A stretch of 57,901 bases of DNA from an uncultured Muribaculaceae bacterium (GTDB lineage Bacteria > Bacillota_I > Bacilli_A > RF39 > UBA660), in assembly GCA_964417835.1 (NCBI GenBank), contig CAYQJD010000003.1, forward strand, positions 1-57,901, given 5' to 3'. The position numbers were made by a program, and so were the translations under genes. The notes below the pieces were generated by a model, which saw only the letters and a program-made list of their open reading frames with translations, did no database searches and was not told the origin of the DNA. Positions 20,921-29,641 of the stretch are shown in pieces. Every line of letters starts with the position of its first letter. The stretch's first letter is position 1.

Positions 20921-21072
20921 TCTCAAAGTTGTGTACTATAAGAATTTTTAGGTATTAAGATTTAGAATTTTTTTTAGTGAAAAAGTAAATTTTAATGATT
21001 TTTAATAAAAAAATGTTATACTATATGTAGTTATCAAAAGTAAACTTTATCAGAAAGTACACAACTTTGAGA
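20921..21072. repeat. Perfect 17-bp inverted repeat flanking a 118-bp promoter-containing segment
   Basis: TCTCAAAGTTGTGTACT (20921-20937) and AGTACACAACTTTGAGA (21056-21072); extended -10 TGTTATACT at 21014-21022 lies inside. Confidence 0.9.
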
Positions 21073-21146
21073 AAGTTGTCCTTTACTATTTTACCAAGAT
21101 AACAACTTTGAAAAGATAAAAAGGAAAAATAGGTAGGAGGATTTTA

Positions 21147-22349
21147 ATGGAAAGAAGTAGTTTAAGAATTGATATATTACCAAATCAGTTTTTAAGAAGT
21201 GATGGCTCTTTTAATAAAGATAAAGCTATCAAATTATGTGGTAAAATTGCTGGTGTTTGTTATGATAAGGAAGGTTTTAATCATATAGCAAATGAATCAG
21301 AAGAAAAAACTATGAGAAGAGTTGATATGACATTAAATAATGGACATCATAGTGTTTATGATCATATAACTCTAAATTTGAATTTACAAAATGTACCAAA
21401 AATATTAGCGATGGTATTAAATAATGAACATCAATATACAACAAGTGAAAAATCTGCTAGATATACACCTGTTGTTAGACAAGATGGTTCTATAATAACA
21501 TTAGAAGAAGAAAGACTTTATAATAAATGGATTGATATATTTAAGGTAAAAATAAAAGAGCAATATGGAAATATTTATAATGACTCAAAGATTCAGAAAC
21601 TTGCTCAAGAAAATGCTAGATATTTAGTTACAGTATTTATGCCTACAACATTAATTTATTCAACCTCTTTAAGACAGATAAACTATATAGCTTCATGGAT
21701 GGAAGATTATATTATGAGCCATAATGCAAATGACATTTTTGAAGTTAAATTAGCAGACGCTATGAATGAATTTATCAATCAACTTTTTGATATAAATATT
21801 TTGGTGGAAGGATTAATGAAAAATGAAAAAGAAAGAAAATTATCACTTTTTGGAAAAAATTTAGAAACAAAAGAAGAACATTTTGGAGATGTTTATTCTT
21901 GCGTTTATAAAGGTTCTTTTGCTCAACTTGCTCAAGCACATAGACATAGGACACTTGATTATCAAATGGAAATGTTAGATAAAAAAGAATACTTTGTACC
22001 ACCAATTATTGCTGATGACGGGATGTTAGTTGATGAGTGGCTTGGAGATATGCAAATTGTAAGAGGAGTTAATCCACAAGGAGAACTTGTCAAAATTAGT
22101 GAAGTTGGGAAATATGATGATTTTATTTTAAAATGCAAAGAGAGATTATGTACTGCTGCACAACTTGAAATAATGTTACAAACTAGAGAAACTTTATTAA
22201 AATATAAAAAAGCATTGGAAAAATCAAATAGTCCACTAGCAATTGATATTGAGAAATATTCTCATGGAGCTAGATGTACTTTCCCTAATTATACTTGTTC
22301 ATCAGATTGTGGCTTTAAAGAGGGAAAAACTCTTACAAGGAAGATTTAA
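21147..22349 (+). CDS. thyX: Tandem-domain FAD-dependent thymidylate synthase
   Basis: GHHSVYDH, SEKSARY and QENARYL in domain 1; LAQAHRHRT and KERLC..AQ.EI in domain 2. Confidence 0.85.
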   Translation: MERSSLRIDILPNQFLRSDGSFNKDKAIKLCGKIAGVCYDKEGFNHIANESEEKTMRRVDMTLNNGHHSVYDHITLNLNLQNVPKILAMVLNNEHQYTTSEKSARYTPVVRQDGSIITLEEERLYNKWIDIFKVKIKEQYGNIYNDSKIQKLAQENARYLVTVFMPTTLIYSTSLRQINYIASWMEDYIMSHNANDIFEVKLADAMNEFINQLFDINILVEGLMKNEKERKLSLFGKNLETKEEHFGDVYSCVYKGSFAQLAQAHRHRTLDYQMEMLDKKEYFVPPIIADDGMLVDEWLGDMQIVRGVNPQGELVKISEVGKYDDFILKCKERLCTAAQLEIMLQTRETLLKYKKALEKSNSPLAIDIEKYSHGARCTFPNYTCSSDCGFKEGKTLTRKI

Positions 22350-22351
22350 TT

Positions 22352-23029
22352 ATGTCAAAAGGAAAGTTAATAGTAGTCGAAGGTGCTTGTGATGGCATAG
22401 GTAAAACAACACAATTTCAATTATTAGGTGAACATTTAAAGGCAGATGAGAATAGTATAGTTACTCATCATTTCCCTTCATATAATACTTATCAAGGCAA
22501 ACCGGTAGAAATGTATTTAAAAGGTTATTATGGACAACCAAATGAGTTATCACCTTATTTTATAAATAGTTTATATGCTATGGATAGAGGAATTACATGG
22601 CTTACAGAATTAAAAAAAGATTTTGATGATGGAAAAATAATTTTATTAGATCGATATACAACATCTAGTTTAATATATCAATCAGCATTAATAGAAGATA
22701 TAGACAAGAAAAAAGAATTTATAGATTATGTTTGTGATTTTGAATATAATAAACTCGGTATTCAAAGACCAGATAGTGTTATATTTCTTCATGCACCATT
22801 TGATTTAGTTTCTGAGATGAGGAATGCTCGTAAACAAAATGAAGGTATAAACAATGATATTCACGAAAGTAATACAGATTTTATGAAAAAGGTTTATGAA
22901 AGTGCTATGTTTATTTCTGAATATTTGGGATGGAATAAAATAAATTGTGCAATAAATAATAAAATGCGTACAATCGATGACATCCATAATGATGCATATC
23001 AATTAGTAAAGAAAAAAATTAATAATTAA
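22352..23029 (+). CDS. tmk: Thymidylate kinase
   Basis: EGACDGIGKTTQ P-loop, LYAMDR, LLDRYTTSSLIYQ, DIHE. Confidence 0.9.
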   Translation: MSKGKLIVVEGACDGIGKTTQFQLLGEHLKADENSIVTHHFPSYNTYQGKPVEMYLKGYYGQPNELSPYFINSLYAMDRGITWLTELKKDFDDGKIILLDRYTTSSLIYQSALIEDIDKKKEFIDYVCDFEYNKLGIQRPDSVIFLHAPFDLVSEMRNARKQNEGINNDIHESNTDFMKKVYESAMFISEYLGWNKINCAINNKMRTIDDIHNDAYQLVKKKINN

Positions 23030-23059
23030 AATAGCTTAAATATTATAAGCTGTTTTTTT
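23030..23059 (+). terminator. Intrinsic terminator after tmk
   Basis: AATAGCTTA...TAAGCTGTT followed by T run. Confidence 0.65.
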
Positions 23060-23116
23060 TACGAATAAATCTCAAACGTTAATTTTCATTAGAAATGCCG
23101 TTTTTAATAAAATTAT

Positions 23117-23257
23117 GCATTTAGTCTAATTATAGTATAATATATGTTATGTTTTCTTGTAGTTATAAAGGAGTGGAGAAAAATGAAAACATGGAAACAT
23201 ATAAACGAAGAACAAAGAAAACTTATTAGTTCAAGTATGTCCATAAATATAAATTAG
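23117..23257 (+). pseudogene. IS30 transposase N-terminal stub
   Basis: RBS AAGGAG; MKTWKHINEEQRKLI (23183-23257) resembles IS30 HTH starts; upstream ATTTAGTCTAA also occurs at the right end of the first IS30 remnant (579-589). Confidence 0.6.
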
Positions 23258-23392
23258 AAAAAAATAAAAGATTTTATAAAAACAGAGTAGAAAATCACTA
23301 ATCATCAATTTTAACTAGAAAGAATAAGGAAGATTAGAAATAAACTAATCTTTTTTTGTATAAAAAGATATCTGAACTCTAAATTATTTTCA

Positions 23393-23421
23393 TTGAAACA
23401 CAAATTATTTTATGATAGAAT
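23393..23421 (+). promoter_or_regulatory. sigmaA-type promoter of the EAL-like/McrB/DUF2357 operon
   Basis: TTGAAA-17 nt-TAGAAT with extended TG. Confidence 0.6.
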
Positions 23422-23449
23422 TATATAGAGAATAGAAAAGAGGTTTAAT

Positions 23450-24571
23450 ATGCAGAAAAGCTTAGACCAATATTTAAAAACATCTAAAAAAAATTTATTA
23501 AATATTATATTATTTTTAGAAAAGAATATTGAATATACAAAAAATAACTTATGGACCTCTAATGAAGAATTTGATTTTTTATTAAGAAATATTATAGATA
23601 TTTATTATGAAAGATATTATTTTTATCCAAGCAATGATTTTAGTAAAATTGATAAATATATAAAATTTAATAATAATATTAATAGAAGATTAAAACTTAT
23701 TTTAATATCTATTATTGATTATTATGAAAATAATAAAGAAAGACAATTTATTATAGAAAAAGAAGAGAGTATTCTTTATTTAAATATTTTAATATATATT
23801 GGTATTATTATTACAGAAAAAGATTTTAATAATTTAAATACTCCTAAAAAAATAGAAAAAACAATTAATAATATACTAGATAATTTCGCAAATATTAGAT
23901 TCCGTAAAGATAGAGATTTAGAAAAACTTATTCAAGACATAAAACCTATAGTATTATTAGAAAATAAAGTTAAAGATAGTTTATTAAATTTAGTGAATCC
24001 TAATAGTTATAATTATTATATAAATATCAATAAAGATAAAAAGTATTATAAAGTATTTTATCAATATAATATAGAAGATTTAGATAAGTTTGATAGTAAA
24101 GATGTCATAAATGTAATGAAAAAATTAAATATAAAAGATGCATTTAGAAATATTTCAAGAGATTTAAGTTATGTTACATTGTTTAAGTGTTTAAAAAATG
24201 GAATAAATATTATTTTATTATTTCCTATAGATAAGAAAGATAATATTAGTGAAATGAAAAATAATATTATAAATGAGCATATAAAGTATTTAGTTGATTA
24301 TAATGAAATTAAAGATGATTTTGAGTATATTAATAAATTAAAAGAAAATAATATTGATATTTATATAGAAGTTAGTCAAACTTTTGAAACAAATAATTAT
24401 AATATGTTTATGGGAATTAAAAACATTGTTGTGACTGAAGAGTTTTTAAATACAAATGAAAAGTATTTAGAAATCTGGAAAGATATGAATATTAATTTTA
24501 TAGTTAAAAATTTTGAAAATAAAATAACAGAAAATGAGTTATTAAAGGAAAAAGAGGTAAAATATGAATAG
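23450..24571 (+). CDS. Hypothetical protein; C-terminal half resembles a degenerate EAL domain
   Basis: Pattern IILLFPI...HIKYLVDYNEI...INKLKENNIDIYIE parallels EAL strands and helices; EAL and DDFG residues absent. Confidence 0.5.
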   Translation: MQKSLDQYLKTSKKNLLNIILFLEKNIEYTKNNLWTSNEEFDFLLRNIIDIYYERYYFYPSNDFSKIDKYIKFNNNINRRLKLILISIIDYYENNKERQFIIEKEESILYLNILIYIGIIITEKDFNNLNTPKKIEKTINNILDNFANIRFRKDRDLEKLIQDIKPIVLLENKVKDSLLNLVNPNSYNYYININKDKKYYKVFYQYNIEDLDKFDSKDVINVMKKLNIKDAFRNISRDLSYVTLFKCLKNGINIILLFPIDKKDNISEMKNNIINEHIKYLVDYNEIKDDFEYINKLKENNIDIYIEVSQTFETNNYNMFMGIKNIVVTEEFLNTNEKYLEIWKDMNINFIVKNFENKITENELLKEKEVKYE

Positions 24572-26057
24572 TTATGGTAAATTTTTTGTAGATTTTTTAA
24601 CACCATTTTTTGATGGACTAATTTCAATTGTTAAATCTATATTTGTTGGGATAATTGAAATGCTTAATATTATTAATTATATTGATATAGTTAATAAATA
24701 TAAAGAAAGTGTTAGTATAATATTTATAATTATAGCAGTTATATGTTTAATATTATTAATCGCTTTGTTTGTAATACTTTTATTTTATATAATACGTAAA
24801 GTTTCTAAATTAGTAAGGAAAAGTCACGAACAAGATGCATTATTAGAAGAAGTTGAGAAATTAAATTATGAAATGATAAAATTAAAACAAGAAAACGATA
24901 AATTGGCAACTATGGCATATGAAGATAAAGAATTTGATGAAGCAGGAAATCCTATAACTAAAATAGGCAGCGGAGAAAGTAGATTTTATAAGTTAACACA
25001 AATTGATAAAAAATGGGAAAATTATGTACCAAATAAAAACGTAAATAATACTATATCTTTAAAAGAAATATGCGAACAATTTAGAAATTATGCTGCAAGT
25101 GAACTAGAGCTTTATTATTCTGAAGATTTAATTCGTTTGTTTATTTCAGCTTTTTCTGCATCACGTTTATTAATTTTACAGGGTATTTCAGGAACAGGTA
25201 AAACTTCTTTGGCATATGCTTTTGGTAGTTTTTTAGGAAATGATTCAGTTATTGCACCCGTTCAGCCATCTTGGAGAGATAGAACAGAATTATTTGGATA
25301 TTTTAATGAGTTTACTAAAAGGTTTAATGAAACAGAATTATTAAGTAAAATGTATGAAGCAACTTATAATGATATGATTTATGTTACTATACTTGACGAA
25401 ATGAATATTGCACGTGTAGAATATTATTTTGCTGAAATGTTATCTATAATGGAAATGCCTAATAAAAAAGAGTGGGTAGTAAATTTAGTTGCAACACCTT
25501 GGGAAAATGATCCTAAAAAAATAGTGAATGGAAATTTTGTGTTGCCAAAAAATATGTGGTATGTAGGTACTATTAATAATGATGATTCTACATTTATGGT
25601 AACTGATAAAGTTTATGATAGAGCAATGGCGATTAATATAAATGAAAAGAGTGAAAAGTTTAATGCCCCTAAAACAGAAAAATTAAATATAACAGATGAT
25701 TATTTTGAATCTTTATTCGAAGATGCTCAAAAAAAATATCCATTGTCTAGTGAAATGTCAAAAAAATTAGAAGAATTAGATCAATATATTATAGAACATT
25801 TTAGAATATCTTTTGGGAATCGTATTACAAAACAAATTGAAGATTTTGTTCCTACATATGTTGCGTGTGGTGGAGAAGAGATTGATGCTGTTGATTACCT
25901 TATTGTAACTAAAATTTTAAGAAAATTTGAACAGTTGAATTTATCATTTATAAAAAATGAGTTAGATGAGTTTATAAATTATTTAAATATTAGCTTTGGA
26001 AGAAAAAATATGAACAAATGTAAGGATTTTTTGATAAAATTAAAAAAATCTATATAG
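24564..26057 (+). CDS. Membrane-anchored coiled-coil McrB-like AAA+ NTPase
   Basis: N-terminal hydrophobic/TM segments and coiled coil; Walker A GISGTGKT; VQPSW.D..ELFGY; Walker B ILDEMNIARVEYYF; McrB signature GTINNDDST; DKVYDRA. Confidence 0.85.
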   Translation: MNSYGKFFVDFLTPFFDGLISIVKSIFVGIIEMLNIINYIDIVNKYKESVSIIFIIIAVICLILLIALFVILLFYIIRKVSKLVRKSHEQDALLEEVEKLNYEMIKLKQENDKLATMAYEDKEFDEAGNPITKIGSGESRFYKLTQIDKKWENYVPNKNVNNTISLKEICEQFRNYAASELELYYSEDLIRLFISAFSASRLLILQGISGTGKTSLAYAFGSFLGNDSVIAPVQPSWRDRTELFGYFNEFTKRFNETELLSKMYEATYNDMIYVTILDEMNIARVEYYFAEMLSIMEMPNKKEWVVNLVATPWENDPKKIVNGNFVLPKNMWYVGTINNDDSTFMVTDKVYDRAMAININEKSEKFNAPKTEKLNITDDYFESLFEDAQKKYPLSSEMSKKLEELDQYIIEHFRISFGNRITKQIEDFVPTYVACGGEEIDAVDYLIVTKILRKFEQLNLSFIKNELDEFINYLNISFGRKNMNKCKDFLIKLKKSI

Positions 26058-26064
26058 GTGATAT

Positions 26065-27156
26065 ATGATACAGAATAAAAGAGAAATATTAGATTCAATT
26101 AACTCAAATGAGCTAGATTCTTTTATATCAAAAACACAGTCATCTTTCTTTGTTAAAAGTAATATAAAAGAAATCAATGTTGATTATAGTTGGATTGATG
26201 TTTTGGAAAACACATTAGGAAGTATTGATAAAATAGTAAGAAATCCAAGAAGATTTATTGTACAAGAAGAAGATTTAGTTATTGTTGAAAAAGCAAAAAA
26301 AGTAGGGCAACAGACAATTAGAAATTTAGCAGAGCATTGTGAAAATATCCAGGCGTTAGATAATGATGGAGTTATTATACCTAAAAAATTATTGAATATT
26401 AATAAAGAAGATACAACAGACTTATATGAAAATAGATTTATATATACTTTAGTAAAAAGATTAGATACTTTTATAAATAAACAATTAGAAAATTTAGATA
26501 TTGTTTCAGATAAGCAAATTGATAAAAATGCAGTTTATAAAGGTAATACAACATTTGATAATAAAAAAGTTGATATTGAAGTTAAAATGAATTTTCATGA
26601 AGAAATAAATTTAAATAAAGATTCTAAAAATATAAAAAATAGAATATTAGCTTGTTATGAAATTATAAAAAATTTTAAAAGTACTGAAATGATTAAAGAG
26701 TTAGCAGGATGTTCGTTAGTATTTAACCCGATAAGAAAAACCAATTTAATTTTAAGAGAGCCAAATTTTCAGAAAGCATTTATATTATGGGAATATTTGG
26801 ATCAATTTGAATTTAAAGATCCAAAAGTAGTAAAGTATGAAAATATAATTAATGAAGATAAAGCAGCTAAAGATGAATTTACACTTTCATATTTTATTAA
26901 CTGCAATGCCTTAGATGAATCTAAAGAAAATATAATGAAGTATAAAAGTTTGGATTCTAAATTATCAAATATTATAAATGAATATATATATGAAGATAAA
27001 TATAAATTAGAAGATATATTGAATAAAGTAAATAAGTATTATAATGATAAATTAAAACAAAAAAATGATACTGAAAATAATATAGCGATATTGTTTAATA
27101 ATTTTATCAAAAATCATAAATCTATAATTGAAAATATTAGTAATTCAAATTCTTAA
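26065..27156 (+). CDS. DUF2357/McrC-N-like protein without nuclease domain
   Basis: DLYENRFIYTL and PIRKTNLILREPNFQKAF.LW motifs; follows the McrB-like gene; no PD-(D/E)xK motif seen. Confidence 0.72.
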   Translation: MIQNKREILDSINSNELDSFISKTQSSFFVKSNIKEINVDYSWIDVLENTLGSIDKIVRNPRRFIVQEEDLVIVEKAKKVGQQTIRNLAEHCENIQALDNDGVIIPKKLLNINKEDTTDLYENRFIYTLVKRLDTFINKQLENLDIVSDKQIDKNAVYKGNTTFDNKKVDIEVKMNFHEEINLNKDSKNIKNRILACYEIIKNFKSTEMIKELAGCSLVFNPIRKTNLILREPNFQKAFILWEYLDQFEFKDPKVVKYENIINEDKAAKDEFTLSYFINCNALDESKENIMKYKSLDSKLSNIINEYIYEDKYKLEDILNKVNKYYNDKLKQKNDTENNIAILFNNFIKNHKSIIENISNSNS

Positions 27157-27208
27157 ATTATTGTATTTTAACTTTTTTTTTAATATAATTAAAATAAGGA
27201 GATAGTTT

Positions 27209-28489
27209 ATGAAAAATAAAAAGAATAAAATTAAAACATTAGACAAACGAAAATTTGAAACTAGAACTCTATATTTGGAAGAAATTGAAAAATTATCTAT
27301 AGAAGATCAAGAAAAGTATTTTGAGAAGATATTAGATAATATATATAAAGGAGAAGAAGTAGAATCTTTAAGAAAGTATGCTCTTAGATGTATAAAATTG
27401 ACTTGCGATCCTAAAGATAATAAGGTTCATTTACCTTATGGAGTAATAGTTGAAAAAAATAAAGAAAAGATCATTTTAAAATTAAAAAAAAATAAACCTG
27501 TTTTTTTGATTATTCTTTTTATTACTCTATTATTATTAGCAATTTTAGGATCTAGTTATTCAGCAATTACATATTCTTTAGTAAAAAATTTAAATAAAGA
27601 TATTGATGGAGATGATATTGCTGATATAAATTTGGATTTAAATAATGATAGAATTGCTGAAGTAAATATAGATTCAAACAAAGACGATAAACCAGATGTT
27701 AATGTTGATTATAAAGGTAATAGAAAACCTGTGTTTAATATAGATACAAGTGGAAATGGAATTGCAGACTTCAATTTAATGAATCAAGATATAGATAATG
27801 ATGGAACATGTGATTTGAATTGTGATATTAATAATGATGGATGGCCGGATCTGAATTTAGATTTAGATGGTGATGGTATAGCCGATATGGAAATTGATAC
27901 TAATAAAGATTTGATGGCAGATTTAAATTTTGATATGGATGGCGATGGAGTTTGTGATTTACATTGTGATACAAATAACGATAAGGTTTGTGATAAATAT
28001 TGTTTAACTAATGAAGATTTAAATAAAACAGATTCTACTCCTAATGGTTCAAGTTCTGTGATAGGAAATAGTAATATAAATATAAAAACTGATACTTTAG
28101 AATTAGAATATGCAGATGAAGGCACAGTATTTATTACTGGCATTTATCCTGATGATCAACCAGGATATGAAAATAATATTCCACCAAAGAAGTTCAAGGT
28201 TATAAATAAATCAAGTTTATATGTAACGTATAATTTAAGATGGGTTGTTGATTTAAATGATTATGAATCTGATAATTTTAAATATAGTATTTCAAGTACA
28301 TTAAATGGAGCTAATTATGATTTTAGAACAGCGCCAAAAGAAACATCAGCAATTGCAACAGAAATAGTTATTCCACCTTATTCAACACAAGAATATACTA
28401 TAAATTTTAAATTACAAGGTGTTGATGGTGAACAAAATTATGATCAAGGTAAAACGTTTGCAGGGCATATAGAAATATATTTTAATTAA
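27209..28489 (+). CDS. Bitopic surface protein with Ca-binding-like DxDxDG repeats and a TasA/camelysin-like C-terminal domain
   Basis: TM at ~aa 97-120; 11 twelve-residue repeats; tail QNYDQGKTFAGHIEI. Confidence 0.7.
   Translation: MKNKKNKIKTLDKRKFETRTLYLEEIEKLSIEDQEKYFEKILDNIYKGEEVESLRKYALRCIKLTCDPKDNKVHLPYGVIVEKNKEKIILKLKKNKPVFLIILFITLLLLAILGSSYSAITYSLVKNLNKDIDGDDIADINLDLNNDRIAEVNIDSNKDDKPDVNVDYKGNRKPVFNIDTSGNGIADFNLMNQDIDNDGTCDLNCDINNDGWPDLNLDLDGDGIADMEIDTNKDLMADLNFDMDGDGVCDLHCDTNNDKVCDKYCLTNEDLNKTDSTPNGSSSVIGNSNINIKTDTLELEYADEGTVFITGIYPDDQPGYENNIPPKKFKVINKSSLYVTYNLRWVVDLNDYESDNFKYSISSTLNGANYDFRTAPKETSAIATEIVIPPYSTQEYTINFKLQGVDGEQNYDQGKTFAGHIEIYFN
27599..28003 (+). repeat. 11 x 12-aa D-x-[DN]-x-D-G-x-x-D-L-N-x coding repeats
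   Basis: DIDGDDIADINL through DTNNDKVCDKYC in the translation. Confidence 0.85.
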
Positions 28490-28527
28490 AAGTCTAAAAG
28501 ACTTTTTTTGTGGAAAGGAAATAATAT

Positions 28528-29622
28528 ATGAATAAAAATACAATTATATTAATGATTTTTATTATTATATGTATATCTTTTTTATCCATATTTTCTTTGT
28601 CTTACGCGTTTATATATCAAAACAATAGTAATAATATAGAAAATAATAATATTGAATCTGATTCAAATCAAATGAATATTTTAACTGCTACACAAGAATT
28701 TACTGTAGATAAATTAACAAATATAAGTATTAATGCAATTGGAGATTGTACAATAGGTTATGATGATAATTTTGGATATTCTCATAGTTTTAATGAAGTT
28801 ATTGAAAAAAATGGATATGATTATATTTTTAGTAATGTAAAACATATTTTTGAAAATGATGATATAACTATAGCTAATCTTGAAGGGACGTTTACTGATT
28901 CTGAAATAAAAAAAGAAAAAGCTTTTAATTTTAAAGGTCCAAAAGACTATGTAAATATTTTAACAAGTGGGAGTATAGATGTTGTTAATATAGCTAATAA
29001 TCATATTTATGATTATAATGAAATTGGCTATACTGATACAATAAATGCCTTAGAAGAAGCAAAAGTAAATTATTTTGGATTTGATAAATATTATATATAT
29101 GAAAAAGAAAATATTAAAATTGGTTTTGCCGGTATTTACTGTATTGAAGATTATTCTTGTACAAAAAAAATAGATGATAGTATAAAATCTTTAAAAGAAA
29201 ACAATGTTAATTTAATTATACTTTCATTTCATTGGGGAATAGAAAAATCCTATGTTCAAAGTGAAATACAAAAATATTTAGGACACTATGCAATAGATAA
29301 AGGAGTAGAATTAGTGTTAGGTCATCATCCTCATGTTCTTGAAGGTATAGAATTATATAAAGATAAATATATTGTATATAGTTTAGGAAATTTTGCTTTT
29401 GGAGGTAATAAGAATCCAAGTGATAAAGATACAATGATATTTAATATAAATTTTAAATTTAAAAATAAAGTTTTATCTGACACAATAGTAAATATATATC
29501 CTACGAGTATTTCTAGTGTTAGTAATATAAATGATTATCGGCCAACTCTTTTATATGATAATGAAAAAAGTAGAGTAATAGATAAAATTCAAAAAAATAG
29601 TTTGGGAATCAATTTAAAATAA
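28528..29622 (+). CDS. CapA/PGA_cap family metallophosphatase-fold protein
   Basis: GD, ANLE, ANNHIYDY, HWGIE, GHHPHV, YSLGNF. Confidence 0.92.
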   Translation: MNKNTIILMIFIIICISFLSIFSLSYAFIYQNNSNNIENNNIESDSNQMNILTATQEFTVDKLTNISINAIGDCTIGYDDNFGYSHSFNEVIEKNGYDYIFSNVKHIFENDDITIANLEGTFTDSEIKKEKAFNFKGPKDYVNILTSGSIDVVNIANNHIYDYNEIGYTDTINALEEAKVNYFGFDKYYIYEKENIKIGFAGIYCIEDYSCTKKIDDSIKSLKENNVNLIILSFHWGIEKSYVQSEIQKYLGHYAIDKGVELVLGHHPHVLEGIELYKDKYIVYSLGNFAFGGNKNPSDKDTMIFNINFKFKNKVLSDTIVNIYPTSISSVSNINDYRPTLLYDNEKSRVIDKIQKNSLGINLK

Positions 29623-29641
29623 AAAACTAATAAAATAGTTT

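Noticed and set aside
27599-28003. 36-nt periodicity resembling a CRISPR array
   Set aside because: The repeat is conserved at the amino-acid level only, lies inside an ORF and has no identical repeats or spacers; no cas genes or CRISPR array were seen in the window
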